From an uncultured Dehalococcoidales bacterium (GTDB taxonomy: Bacteria > Chloroflexota > Dehalococcoidia > GIF9 > AB-539-J10): a stretch of DNA of 38,061 nucleotides. Positions 18,177-26,830 of the stretch are shown in pieces; position 1 is the first letter of the stretch; the number at the start of each line of letters is the position of its first letter. The position numbers were made by a program, and so were the translations under genes. The notes beneath the pieces were generated by a model. That model saw only the letters and a list, made by a program, of their open reading frames with translations, was not told the origin of the DNA and searched no databases. The DNA lies in the NCBI GenBank assembly GCA_964545665.1, contig CAZJGF010000002.1, positions 1 to 38,061 on the forward strand, in the 5' to 3' direction.

Positions 18177-18530
18177 TTAGAAAGAGAAAGTTATGGTGGC
18201 GTCTGATATCGAGGCCAAAAACGTAGTTGCCCCGACAATTTCCACGCCCTCCCTAAAGTCATCGGCTTTAAGGTCCTTGGCATCTAAGGCTAGCTCACAG
18301 ACTAGAATTCGGCCACCCAGATCACGTAGGCCCTGGTATAATTCCACAATGTCCGGCATGCCCTTGGCCTTGATTTTCTCCAACTCGCCTTTCACCATGG
18401 CAGGCGCACCCCCGGGACAGAAAAACACGATCACATCATCGCCGAGGGATGCGGCAGACGAACCGAGAATCATACTTGGGAAAACATTACTGGGTGCGGA
18501 ACCGTTAACTGTAATCGCTACCTTGGCCAT
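18177..18530 (-). CDS. DsrE/DsrF-family (DsrE-like) small sulfur-relay protein
   Basis: 117 aa with size and pattern of DsrE-like proteins (MAKVAITVNG..., FFCPGGAP, ILVCELAL). GGAGG SD. 17 nt upstream of tusA. Confidence 0.6.
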   Translation of the reverse strand: MAKVAITVNGSAPSNVFPSMILGSSAASLGDDVIVFFCPGGAPAMVKGELEKIKAKGMPDIVELYQGLRDLGGRILVCELALDAKDLKADDFREGVEIVGATTFLASISDATITFSF

Positions 18531-18634
18531 GATTCACCTCCTTTCTTGCGCTACAACTTGGAACAGGTACAGTGCTTTATTTGCCTGCCGCTGCTTCCAT
18601 AGCTCTCCACCAGCGGCAAATGTTGGTCGCAGGC

Positions 18635-19066
18635 TCAGAGCCCATTTCGCCTCCTATTAAGTGGGCTGGGGCCAAGTCCCCTTACCGTTTCAGTGAAGCT
18701 CCTGACTGTCTCAGCGAACTTTGGTCCTTCTGAAGCCCCTATCCATTCCAGTCTCAGTCTCTCAGGTTGGATCCCCACCGCCCCAAGGAAAGGCTTCATG
18801 GCCACAAACCTTCTACTGGTGCTCAGGTTACCCTTCATATAATGACAGTCGCCAGGATGACAGCCGGCAACTAGAACACCATCCGCCCCGGCAGCAAACG
18901 CCTTAAATATTAACATGTCGCTGACTCTGCCGGAACACATCACCCTTACCGTCCTCAAGTTTGCCGGATACTGCATCCGTGAGGTACCGGCCAGGTCCGC
19001 AGCGGCATAGGCGCACCAGTTGCAGCAAAAGCCAATGATCACGGGCTCAAAGTCATCCCGGTTCAC
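18635..19066 (-). CDS. mvhD: MvhD, copy 3
   Basis: 143 aa. FCCNWCAYAAADLAG, VMCSGRV, AGCHPGDCHY. GTG start with GGAGG 8 nt upstream. Overlaps the upstream hdrA stop by 14 nt. Confidence 0.85.
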   Translation of the reverse strand: MNRDDFEPVIIGFCCNWCAYAAADLAGTSRMQYPANLRTVRVMCSGRVSDMLIFKAFAAGADGVLVAGCHPGDCHYMKGNLSTSRRFVAMKPFLGAVGIQPERLRLEWIGASEGPKFAETVRSFTETVRGLGPSPLNRRRNGL

Positions 19067-20780
19067 CTATCACGCCTCCTTTCGACTCAACAAACGCTTC
19101 ATTATACCACGGTGCCTCAAGTTGCGCCATAATCTCCTCATTCCTGAAATGATTCATAGTAACGGCACCAGAAGGGCAAGCGGCTCCACAAACTCCACAA
19201 CCCTTACATTGAGCCACGGTGACCCGTGCTACTCTTTTGCCATCTTTGGGCACGAGTTCCATGGCTTCAAATGGGCAAAGAGAAACGCACGTGCCACATC
19301 CTGAGCAGATATCCTCATTAACCGAGGAAGTTATGGCTTCAGGCCTTACATAGCCTGTTCTCAATGGCCCCGCTGCTTTAGAGGCGGCTGCGTAAGCCTG
19401 AGAAATTCCTTCACTCACATCCGTGGGCCACTTTGCAGAGCCACAGATGTAAATACCATCCATAGCAAATTCCACAGGCCGGAGTTTCAAATGTGCTTCC
19501 AGTAAGAAACCAAACTCGTCTAACGAAACTCTAAGCATCTTGGATATTCCCTGGTTATCTTCGCGAGGGATAAGAGGCGTGGTGAGAACAAGCATATCGC
19601 AGGAAAGCTCTAGCTCCGTCTTACGTAGCTCATGGTATACCCTTATTTTCTCAACCTTCCCATTCCCAATGACTTCAGGAGGCCTTTCCAAGCTGTATCT
19701 AATGAATCTAACCCCCCGCTCCATAGCCCCTCGATAGTAATTCTCAAAATCTACACCATAAGTCATAAGGTCACGGTGCAATATCCAGACTTTCGCCCCG
19801 GGGTTTGATTCTTTTATAAGAAAAGCATTCTTAATTGCATTCATGCAGCAGATTCTGCTGCAGTAAGTTCTCTCTGGAACGCGAGCCCCAACACAGTTAA
19901 TCATTACCACGTTCTTGCCCACGGCCTCTCCGTTTTTCATCCGCTCCTCTAGCTCCAGTTGAGTGAGAACGTCAGGCATTTCACCATAGCCGTATTGACC
20001 TATTGGCTTTAATTCCTGAGCTCCAATGGCTACTATGATGGTGCCTACGTTGAACTTACTCTCCTTTCCGTCTTGATCCACAGTGACGTCGAAGTTCCCT
20101 ATGAATCCAGCCACCTCTTTAACCTTAGAAGAAAGATAGGTTTTGATCTTAGAATGATTTTCAACTTTTTCAGCGATTGGATTGGTCAACTTTGTTGCCT
20201 CTTCATTTGTGGGGTAAAGTTTATGAACATTTCGGAGGATCCCCCCAAGCTGTGATTGCTTTTCCACCAAATGGACATCGAACCCTTGCTGTGCCAAATT
20301 CAAGGCGGCACTCATACCTACAACTCCGCCGCCAATCACTAAGGCTGAAGGGGCTACCTTGATCTCCACCTCCTCCAGTGGCTCAAGTAATCTTGCCTTC
20401 GCAACCCCCATTCTGATGAGGTCTTTAGCCTTTTCCGTAGCCTTCTCTGGCTCATTCATATGAACCCAGCTACATTGATCCCTTATATTGACAAACTCAA
20501 AAAGGTATTTGTTTAAGCCCGCTGCTTCACAGGCAGACCTGAAGAGCGGCTCATGGGTTCTAGGTGTGCAAGAGGCGACTATAACACGGTTCAAGCTATA
20601 CTCTTGAATTCCCTTCTTAATCGCTGATATCCCTTCTTCAGAACAGGTATATAGATTATGCTCAGCATGCACCACATTGGGCAGTCCCTTTACATACTCA
20701 ACAACCTCTGGGACATCGACATATGCCCCGATATTCCTGCCACAATGACAGACAAAGACACCAATGCGAGGCTCGTCCAT
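19053..20780 (-). CDS. hdrA: HdrA-like flavoprotein, same subtype as 14477-16174 (N-domain + FAD fold + C-terminal ferredoxin, no inserted ferredoxin)
   Basis: 575 aa. IGVFVCHCGRNIG, ALVIGGGVVGMSAA, INCVGARVPERTYCSRICC, CSGCGTCVSLCP...CKGCGVCGAACP. GGAGG SD. Confidence 0.8.
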   Translation of the reverse strand: MDEPRIGVFVCHCGRNIGAYVDVPEVVEYVKGLPNVVHAEHNLYTCSEEGISAIKKGIQEYSLNRVIVASCTPRTHEPLFRSACEAAGLNKYLFEFVNIRDQCSWVHMNEPEKATEKAKDLIRMGVAKARLLEPLEEVEIKVAPSALVIGGGVVGMSAALNLAQQGFDVHLVEKQSQLGGILRNVHKLYPTNEEATKLTNPIAEKVENHSKIKTYLSSKVKEVAGFIGNFDVTVDQDGKESKFNVGTIIVAIGAQELKPIGQYGYGEMPDVLTQLELEERMKNGEAVGKNVVMINCVGARVPERTYCSRICCMNAIKNAFLIKESNPGAKVWILHRDLMTYGVDFENYYRGAMERGVRFIRYSLERPPEVIGNGKVEKIRVYHELRKTELELSCDMLVLTTPLIPREDNQGISKMLRVSLDEFGFLLEAHLKLRPVEFAMDGIYICGSAKWPTDVSEGISQAYAAASKAAGPLRTGYVRPEAITSSVNEDICSGCGTCVSLCPFEAMELVPKDGKRVARVTVAQCKGCGVCGAACPSGAVTMNHFRNEEIMAQLEAPWYNEAFVESKGGVIGEPG

Positions 20781-20781
20781 T

Positions 20782-22209
20782 TCACCCTCCTCCTGCTATA
20801 ACTTCCGCTACCCTGCCTGCCGCTCCTGACGCCTGGGTTACAGAATCAGGTATATCTCGTGGACTGTGGACATAGCCACAAGCAAAGATGCCGGGCTTTG
20901 TAGTATCCAGCGGTTGCGAAAGCTTATCTGGAGTCCTCACAAAGCCATTTTCGTCCAACTCTATTCCTAGTATTTCTGCTAACTCTTTGGTGATTCGGGG
21001 GACCATCGCTTGCGCCAGAACCACCAGTTCTGCCTCAAATCTTTTTATTCCCCCGGTGGTGGTATCCTCATACCAAATAACAGGGTTATCATTCTCGGAG
21101 TTGACTTCAATCCTGCCAGGACGCCCCCTGATATACGTCACGTTATATTCCTGTTTAGCCCTAACGATATATTCCTGAAATCTCTTGCCTACAGCCCTCA
21201 TGTCCATATAGAGAATTGTGGACTTCGTTCCTGGCTCATGTTCATATGCCATCATGGCTTCCTTGGTGGCATGCATGCAGCAGACGCTGGAACAATATGC
21301 TTTGTTCCTAAGATCGCGGGAGCCAACGCATTGGATGAAGGCTATATTGTGAGGGATTTTCCCATCTGAAGGGCGCTTAAGTGCTCCAAAAGTAGGACCT
21401 GATGCCGCAGTCAGTCTCTCGTATTCTATGGCAGTAATGACATTCTTTATCTTTCCATAGCCATATTCTTCCATTTGTGAGATGTCGTAGAAATCTAAGC
21501 CGGTAGCAACTATTATGGCGTCAACGTCGCGATCCAGGACCTGATCAGTCATGTCATGAACAATTGCCTTCGCTTCACAAGCGTTTTCACACCCCTTACA
21601 TTCAAGCTTCTCTGTGAGTCTCAAGCAGTGATTGGCGTCTCTGACGTTTTTCTTAGGCACTGCTTGAGGGAAAGGTAGATAGATTGCCTTCCTTGGAGAT
21701 AAACCAAGGTTAAACTCGTCGGGCACCAGGATAGGGCAAACATTTATCCTTTTGATAGCATCCTTTTGGCACTTTTCTATGCATTTCCAGCAACCAGTGC
21801 AATCCAAGCCATCGTATATCGGCTTCTCACAGTTACATTCTTCCGCTTGTTCCGTAGAACAGGTTACGCCTATGGAAACCAAGCCATCTCTCCTAAGAAC
21901 ACCAAGTTCTTCAAGTTTATCTAAAGCCCTGTCGTCACATCCTCTGGAGACAACTCCAAACCTTTTCTCAGGCCACTTATCCTTAATTTTACGAACGAAA
22001 GTTGCCAGGTTATATCGTGGCTCAAGTTCCAGCTCCTTAAGCTCCTCCTTTTGGGTGAAGAGATAAGGGCCTACATGTCCCCATCTTCTTCGAAGCCCAA
22101 TGATGCCATCGTAACCGTGGTCTAGAATTTCCTCGGCTGCGGCTATTATTCCCCCCTTATCCAGAATCCTCTCTGCTTCCCCTACTATTCTTTCTCCCTT
22201 CTCAGCCAT
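20782..22209 (-). CDS. Chimera: N-terminal half of a FlxB/AsrA-type protein fused to the C-terminal half of HdrA (inserted ferredoxin onward)
   Basis: 475 aa. The first ~130 aa (FGVVSRGCDDRALDKLEELGVLRRDGLVSIGVTC) parallel the N-termini of ORFs 12171-13277 and 13270-14427. They are followed by CTGCWKCIEKC, CKGCENACEAKAI, ATGLDFYD, IQCVGSRDLRNKAYCSSVCC, GIFACGYVHSPRDIPD. There is no N-terminal GxGxxG FAD motif. Confidence 0.7.
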   Translation of the reverse strand: MAEKGERIVGEAERILDKGGIIAAAEEILDHGYDGIIGLRRRWGHVGPYLFTQKEELKELELEPRYNLATFVRKIKDKWPEKRFGVVSRGCDDRALDKLEELGVLRRDGLVSIGVTCSTEQAEECNCEKPIYDGLDCTGCWKCIEKCQKDAIKRINVCPILVPDEFNLGLSPRKAIYLPFPQAVPKKNVRDANHCLRLTEKLECKGCENACEAKAIVHDMTDQVLDRDVDAIIVATGLDFYDISQMEEYGYGKIKNVITAIEYERLTAASGPTFGALKRPSDGKIPHNIAFIQCVGSRDLRNKAYCSSVCCMHATKEAMMAYEHEPGTKSTILYMDMRAVGKRFQEYIVRAKQEYNVTYIRGRPGRIEVNSENDNPVIWYEDTTTGGIKRFEAELVVLAQAMVPRITKELAEILGIELDENGFVRTPDKLSQPLDTTKPGIFACGYVHSPRDIPDSVTQASGAAGRVAEVIAGGG

Positions 22210-24253
22210 GCTTGTCCCCCTTATAGATTTTCACAGCGCAAACTTTGAACTCAGGGATCTTGGCTTCAGGGTCAAGATTTCTGCTGGTAAGCTCATTGGC
22301 GGCACACTCAGCAAAGTGGAAAGGTATAAATACCACCCCAGGGGAAACTCGATCGGTAACGAAAGCCTTTATCTCAATCTCACCTCGCCGTGATTTCACC
22401 TGTACCTTTTCTCCTTGCACTATAGAGAGTCTCGCCGCGTCTTCAGGATTAAGTTCCACAAAGCCTGTAGAGGCTTCCCTTTCTAAGGCAGGGACTCTGC
22501 GAGTCATTGTCCCAGTATGAAATTGAAACATTACTCTGCCCGTGGTTAGAATGAAAGGATATTCCTCGTCAGGTAGCTCAGCGGGCTGTTCATAATCAAT
22601 GGCAAAGAAGCGTCCTTTTCCCCTGGCGAAGATTTCTTCATGAAGCAATTTGGTGCCGGGGTGTTCTTTGGACGGGCATGGCCAAGCTAACACCTCACCG
22701 CTATCCAATCGCTCGTAGGAAATGCCCCCATAGCTAGGGGTAAGATTCACGATTTCCTCCATAATGGCTTGAGGCGACTCATAATTGAATTGGGTGCTTC
22801 CCATTCTTCTGGCAAGCTCAGTGATTATGACCCAGTCAGGCTTGGAATCACCAATAGGCCCTATTGCCTTCCTTCCCCTTTGGACCCTTCTATCTGTTGC
22901 GGTAAAAGTCCCCTCTTTCTCAGCAAAGGAACAGGCAGGCAGCACCACATGGGCAAATTCGGCTGTATCAGAGAGGAAGCAATCCTGTACCACCAAGAAA
23001 TCAAGTTCACTTAGTGCTTTTCTCACGTGGTTTACATCAGGATCGGAAAGCACAGGATTTTCCCCCATTATATACATCGCCTTAAGCGATCCTTCTAGAG
23101 CAGCATCGATCATTTCGGTTACCGTGAGCCCTGGCTCTTGAGGCAATTCAACACCCCAAGCTTTTTCAAATTTGCCTCTGCTGGCTTCATCCCGAACTGA
23201 TTGATAGCCTGAGTAAACATTTGGCAGAGCACCCATGTCGCAGGCACCCTGAACATTGTTTTGTCCGCGCAGCGGATTCACCCCGGTTGACTTGCGGCCA
23301 ACGTTCCCAGTAAGCATCGCCAGATTGGCGCAAGATTCGACATTATCGGTACCGGTGGTATGTTGTGTGATACCCATAGCATATAGGATGCTTGCTTTTT
23401 CAGCTTCCCCATACCATCGAGCTGCCTTCTCCAGTGCAGCTCGGTCGACCCCCGTTATCTGGCAAACCTTTTCAGGCGAGTATTCTCCAACCTTCCTTTT
23501 GAATTCCTCGAACCCTTCAGTACGCCCAGCGATGAAATCATTATCAGCCAAATTCCAAGAAAGAATGAGGTTCATTATGCCATTAAGCAGGCAAACATCT
23601 GTTCCCGGCCTGTGCTGAAGATGGACGTCAGCAAACTCGACCAGTGGTATGCGGCGTGGGTCAGCCACAATCAGCTTGGCTCCCCTTTCCTTCGCCCGTA
23701 GAACCCTTGAGCTTACAAGAGGGTGCTGCTCCATGGTATTGCTTCCTATCACGAAAATACAGCCCGCTCCTTCTATTTCCGGAATGCTATTGGTCATTGC
23801 TCCACTACCAAAGGAGTTAACTAAGCCTAGCACTGTAGAGGCATGACAAAGTCGAGCACAATGATCAACGTTATTTGTGCCAATAACTGCCCGTGCGAAT
23901 TTCATCATGAGGAAATTTTCCTCATTGGTACACTTGGCAGACGAAAGGATACCTATGGAATCAGCTCCTTGCAGTTGCTTTATCTCGCTCAACCTCCCGC
24001 TCACAATTTCTAAGGCCTCATCCCAGCTTGTCTCTTCAAACTTACCATTTCTTCTTACCAAGGGTGATTTCAGCCGATCACGGTGGTAAATGAAGCCTGC
24101 TGCATTCCTTCCTTTGATACAGAGTTGGCCCCCGCTTACCTCGTCGGTTTTGCAGGGAACCACCCCAGTTATTTCACCGTCCAGAACCTCGAGGTAAAAC
24201 TGACAGCCACAGCCACAAAAAGGGCAAACGGTTAATACCAAGTCACAATTCAC
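22202..24253 (-). CDS. fdhA: Formate dehydrogenase catalytic subunit (Mo/W-bisPGD), cytoplasmic, Cys-type
   Basis: 683 aa. N-terminal [4Fe-4S] motif CPFCGCGCQF...C. Active-site region VDHCARLCHASTV has Cys (TGT, 23846-23848) where Sec-type enzymes have U. No signal peptide. GTG start with a 4-nt overlap with the upstream gene. Confidence 0.9.
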   Translation of the reverse strand: MNCDLVLTVCPFCGCGCQFYLEVLDGEITGVVPCKTDEVSGGQLCIKGRNAAGFIYHRDRLKSPLVRRNGKFEETSWDEALEIVSGRLSEIKQLQGADSIGILSSAKCTNEENFLMMKFARAVIGTNNVDHCARLCHASTVLGLVNSFGSGAMTNSIPEIEGAGCIFVIGSNTMEQHPLVSSRVLRAKERGAKLIVADPRRIPLVEFADVHLQHRPGTDVCLLNGIMNLILSWNLADNDFIAGRTEGFEEFKRKVGEYSPEKVCQITGVDRAALEKAARWYGEAEKASILYAMGITQHTTGTDNVESCANLAMLTGNVGRKSTGVNPLRGQNNVQGACDMGALPNVYSGYQSVRDEASRGKFEKAWGVELPQEPGLTVTEMIDAALEGSLKAMYIMGENPVLSDPDVNHVRKALSELDFLVVQDCFLSDTAEFAHVVLPACSFAEKEGTFTATDRRVQRGRKAIGPIGDSKPDWVIITELARRMGSTQFNYESPQAIMEEIVNLTPSYGGISYERLDSGEVLAWPCPSKEHPGTKLLHEEIFARGKGRFFAIDYEQPAELPDEEYPFILTTGRVMFQFHTGTMTRRVPALEREASTGFVELNPEDAARLSIVQGEKVQVKSRRGEIEIKAFVTDRVSPGVVFIPFHFAECAANELTSRNLDPEAKIPEFKVCAVKIYKGDKHG

Positions 24254-25224
24254 TTGCTTATCTCGGTCCCAACAACGGGCCGCTCCTTCACTCGCTCTAC
24301 AAGCTTGTTTTTTGTCTCTGGATCTAGACCTGGAATGATTTCAAAAATTGACTCAGGGGGTTGACGCTGCATAAGGTGATGGATAGTTCTGAGGGGTATG
24401 TCCACAGGACAAGTTTCTTCACACATGCCGCAGTTAATGCAGCTATCGCCAATGCGGTAAGCTCTTATTATGTGAAACAGGGGCACAGCGGGAGGTATTT
24501 CGCCGGGGGCAATCCACTCCGGGTCTTCCAGCTCAGTCTCACCGTAAATCCATACGGGGCAGACATCACAGCAGCCAAAGCACTTTATGCACTTGCTGAG
24601 TTCCTTCTGCCAGAAGTCTGCTCGTGACTCTTCGTCCATCAGGGCCACCCGCTGGGCCAATATCTCAGGCTCCCTTCCTTCTCGTTCCTCAGGAGGAAGT
24701 TCAACAAATCTTCGCCTCTCGAAGGCAACATTGGTCATGGCATGCCTTTCCTTGTTTTCCTCAACACAGGCCTGGGTGCATTCTCCGCACTGGACGCAAC
24801 TTGTCTCGTCTATTTTGATTCGGTCAACCCATATTTCCCCTTCAAACTCCTTCGAGCCATCTAACTCGGTCTGAGTGCACTCCCCGCACCCGGTGCATTT
24901 ATCCCAATCAACGTGTGTTGCCTTCCTCTTGACTTTGACATGGAAATTTCCTTCCTCTCCTGATACTCCCTCCACCTCGGAATAGGTCAAAAGCTCTATG
25001 TTAGGATGCTGGCTTGCCTCTATCATCTTGGGGGCAAGAATACACATAGCACAGTCATTAGTGGGGAAGGTCTTATCTAGCTGTGCCATCCTCCCCCCAA
25101 TACTGGGAGTCTTTTCCACCAAATACACCTTGAACCCCATATTAGCCAGATCGAGAGAAGCTTGAATCCCAGCTATCCCACCGCCAATCACCAAGACCGA
25201 TTTATGTTCATTTTCCCGGTTCAC
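24250..25224 (-). CDS. Chimera: N-terminal (FAD-binding) half of HdrA fused to the C-terminal Cys-rich half of a FlxB/AsrA-type protein
   Basis: 324 aa. VLVIGGGIAGIQASLDLANMGFKVYLVEK, TFPTNDCAMCILAPK, KCTGCGEC, then CVQCGECTQAC, CIKCFGCCDVCPVW, LFHIIRAYRIGDSCINCGMCEETCPVDIP. The latter part parallels CINCHNCMRVCPICYC...LFFHIGRMLHMSLSCVSCGMCEDACP of ORF 13270-14427. GTG start with a 4-nt overlap. Confidence 0.7.
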   Translation of the reverse strand: MNRENEHKSVLVIGGGIAGIQASLDLANMGFKVYLVEKTPSIGGRMAQLDKTFPTNDCAMCILAPKMIEASQHPNIELLTYSEVEGVSGEEGNFHVKVKRKATHVDWDKCTGCGECTQTELDGSKEFEGEIWVDRIKIDETSCVQCGECTQACVEENKERHAMTNVAFERRRFVELPPEEREGREPEILAQRVALMDEESRADFWQKELSKCIKCFGCCDVCPVWIYGETELEDPEWIAPGEIPPAVPLFHIIRAYRIGDSCINCGMCEETCPVDIPLRTIHHLMQRQPPESIFEIIPGLDPETKNKLVERVKERPVVGTEISK

Positions 25225-26375
25225 TTGTCGCCTCCTAAGGCGTTTGCTACCAGATTTACCAAATCCATAACTTCAATTTTTGGCATTACCCGCTTCTCTT
25301 CCCCTTTGTCTACCATAGCGCATCTGAAATGGATTTGACATTTGGGACAAGAGGTTATAAGCATCTGCGCTCCAGTCGAAGCTGCCTCAGACAACCTCTC
25401 TGTCCTTATCATGTTGGAATATGAGTCGCAATTGGTAAAGGCGCTGGTTCCACAACAAATAGAATCCCATCCGCTATGTTCCATCTCAAGAAACTCTACC
25501 CCTGGAATAGAACCCAGCACCTTTCGGGGTGCATCATAGACACCTAGATGTCTTCCTAATCTACAAGGGTCTTGATAAGTTACCTTCTTATCAATCCAGT
25601 TAAACTTAGCCTCCCCTTTCTCTATCTTCTCAGCTAAGAATTCAGAGATATGTTGTAACTCGCAATCCACACTAAACCCATGATTGGGGTAGTCTAGCTT
25701 GAATGTCCGATAGCCCTCAGGACAGGAAAAGATTATCTTTTTCACCCCAGCCTCTTTTATTAGTTTTGTGTTATGTTCGGCTAAGCTCTTGAAGGTCTCC
25801 ACATCCCCGGTCCAAAGCACATCATGCCCACAGCATTTCTCATCTGGAAGCAATTTGGGCTCTATTCCGAAAAAGTTTAAGATTCTTAAGCTTGCCTCAG
25901 TGATATCAAGAGCCCTAAACTCAATATCCTCAAAGACAGGTTCAAAATATGGAGCGCATCCAACCCAGAACAGGACATCGGAGTCGTCAGAGATACGATA
26001 TTCTTTGGATAGCCATTCCAATCTTCTCTGCTTAATGTCAGGACTTGTCATAAGTCGTGCCAAGGATTGCAGTTGCCCCGAGTGGGCATAAATTCCATGC
26101 TGTCCATTATCTTGGGCTATAGCTCGGGCTTGGCGAATGAAAATAGGAAAATCAACATCGCAGGGGCATCTCTGCTGGCAGGTATAGCAAGTTAAGCAAG
26201 AAAAGAGTTTTTGGTTGAAGACCAATACATCCTCAAATCCCAAAAGGGCGTCTTCAATTATCGCCCGCGGAGAGAAAGATGGATCATATCTGGCAACAGG
26301 GCATACACTAGTACACTTGCCGCATTCCAAGCAGTAATAAGTCTTGGTTTCCTGAATAATGTCTTCTAAATTCAA
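25221..26375 (-). CDS. HdrD-like protein (fused HdrC-type 2x[4Fe-4S] + HdrB-type double CCG domain)
   Basis: 384 aa. CLECGKCTSVCP, CLTCYTCQQRCP, then CCG motifs EKCCGHD and SICCGTSAF with SCPKCQ. TTG start with a 4-nt overlap with mvhD. Confidence 0.75.
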   Translation of the reverse strand: MNLEDIIQETKTYYCLECGKCTSVCPVARYDPSFSPRAIIEDALLGFEDVLVFNQKLFSCLTCYTCQQRCPCDVDFPIFIRQARAIAQDNGQHGIYAHSGQLQSLARLMTSPDIKQRRLEWLSKEYRISDDSDVLFWVGCAPYFEPVFEDIEFRALDITEASLRILNFFGIEPKLLPDEKCCGHDVLWTGDVETFKSLAEHNTKLIKEAGVKKIIFSCPEGYRTFKLDYPNHGFSVDCELQHISEFLAEKIEKGEAKFNWIDKKVTYQDPCRLGRHLGVYDAPRKVLGSIPGVEFLEMEHSGWDSICCGTSAFTNCDSYSNMIRTERLSEAASTGAQMLITSCPKCQIHFRCAMVDKGEEKRVMPKIEVMDLVNLVANALGGDK

Positions 26376-26830
26376 ACCGCTACTTCTTCCCTCCTTAAAG
26401 CTGAAAAGGGTGAGGGGCCCAGTTTCTTAAGTTGGTCGACAAATTCCTCAACTACTCTGGCAAACACTGTTCCCTCAGAAGTAGATATCATTTCACGCCT
26501 CAGCCTTTCATCCTCTAAGCCAAGGGTGTGGACTAGCCTCTTTAGCTTGGCGAACATGGCATCACACTTTACCGGCCCATCAATGTAATGGCAGTCGGTG
26601 TATTTACACCCAGCGACTATAACTCCATCAGCTCCTCTTTCAAAGGCTCTAAGGACATAGTCAGGATTTATCATTCCACTGCACATTACCCTTGCAATAT
26701 AAACATTGGGAGGGTATTGGACCCGGCTTGTGCCGGCCAAATCAGCTGCAGCGTAAGTACACCAGTTGCAGGCAAAAGCAATAATCTGCGGCTCAAATTC
26801 AGCCACGGTAAGCCTCCAGTAAGCCATCAA
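26372..26830 (-). CDS. mvhD: MvhD, copy 4
   Basis: 152 aa. FACNWCTYAAADLAG, VMCSGMI, AGCKYTDCHY. Start is TTG at 26830 or ATG at 26827; it overlaps the hdrL 3' end by ~30 nt. Confidence 0.85.
   Translation of the reverse strand: MMAYWRLTVAEFEPQIIAFACNWCTYAAADLAGTSRVQYPPNVYIARVMCSGMINPDYVLRAFERGADGVIVAGCKYTDCHYIDGPVKCDAMFAKLKRLVHTLGLEDERLRREMISTSEGTVFARVVEEFVDQLKKLGPSPFSALRREEVAV

Noticed and set aside
23846-23848. Possible selenocysteine recoding in FdhA, and in the HdrA/MvhD copies, as occurs in related anaerobes
   Set aside because: The FdhA active-site codon is TGT (Cys) in VDHCARLCHASTV. All HdrA copies read CVG(S/R/A)... with Cys codons. No ORF in the cluster is interrupted by an in-frame TGA, and adjacent ORF pairs are in different frames (for example 20782/20780).
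20782-25224. HdrA halves as a pseudogene disrupted by insertion of fdhA
   Set aside because: Both halves are long intact ORFs with their own starts and SDs. Each carries an additional, complementary FlxB-type half, and they are tightly coupled to an intact fdhA. This looks like designed architecture rather than decay (see the first finding).
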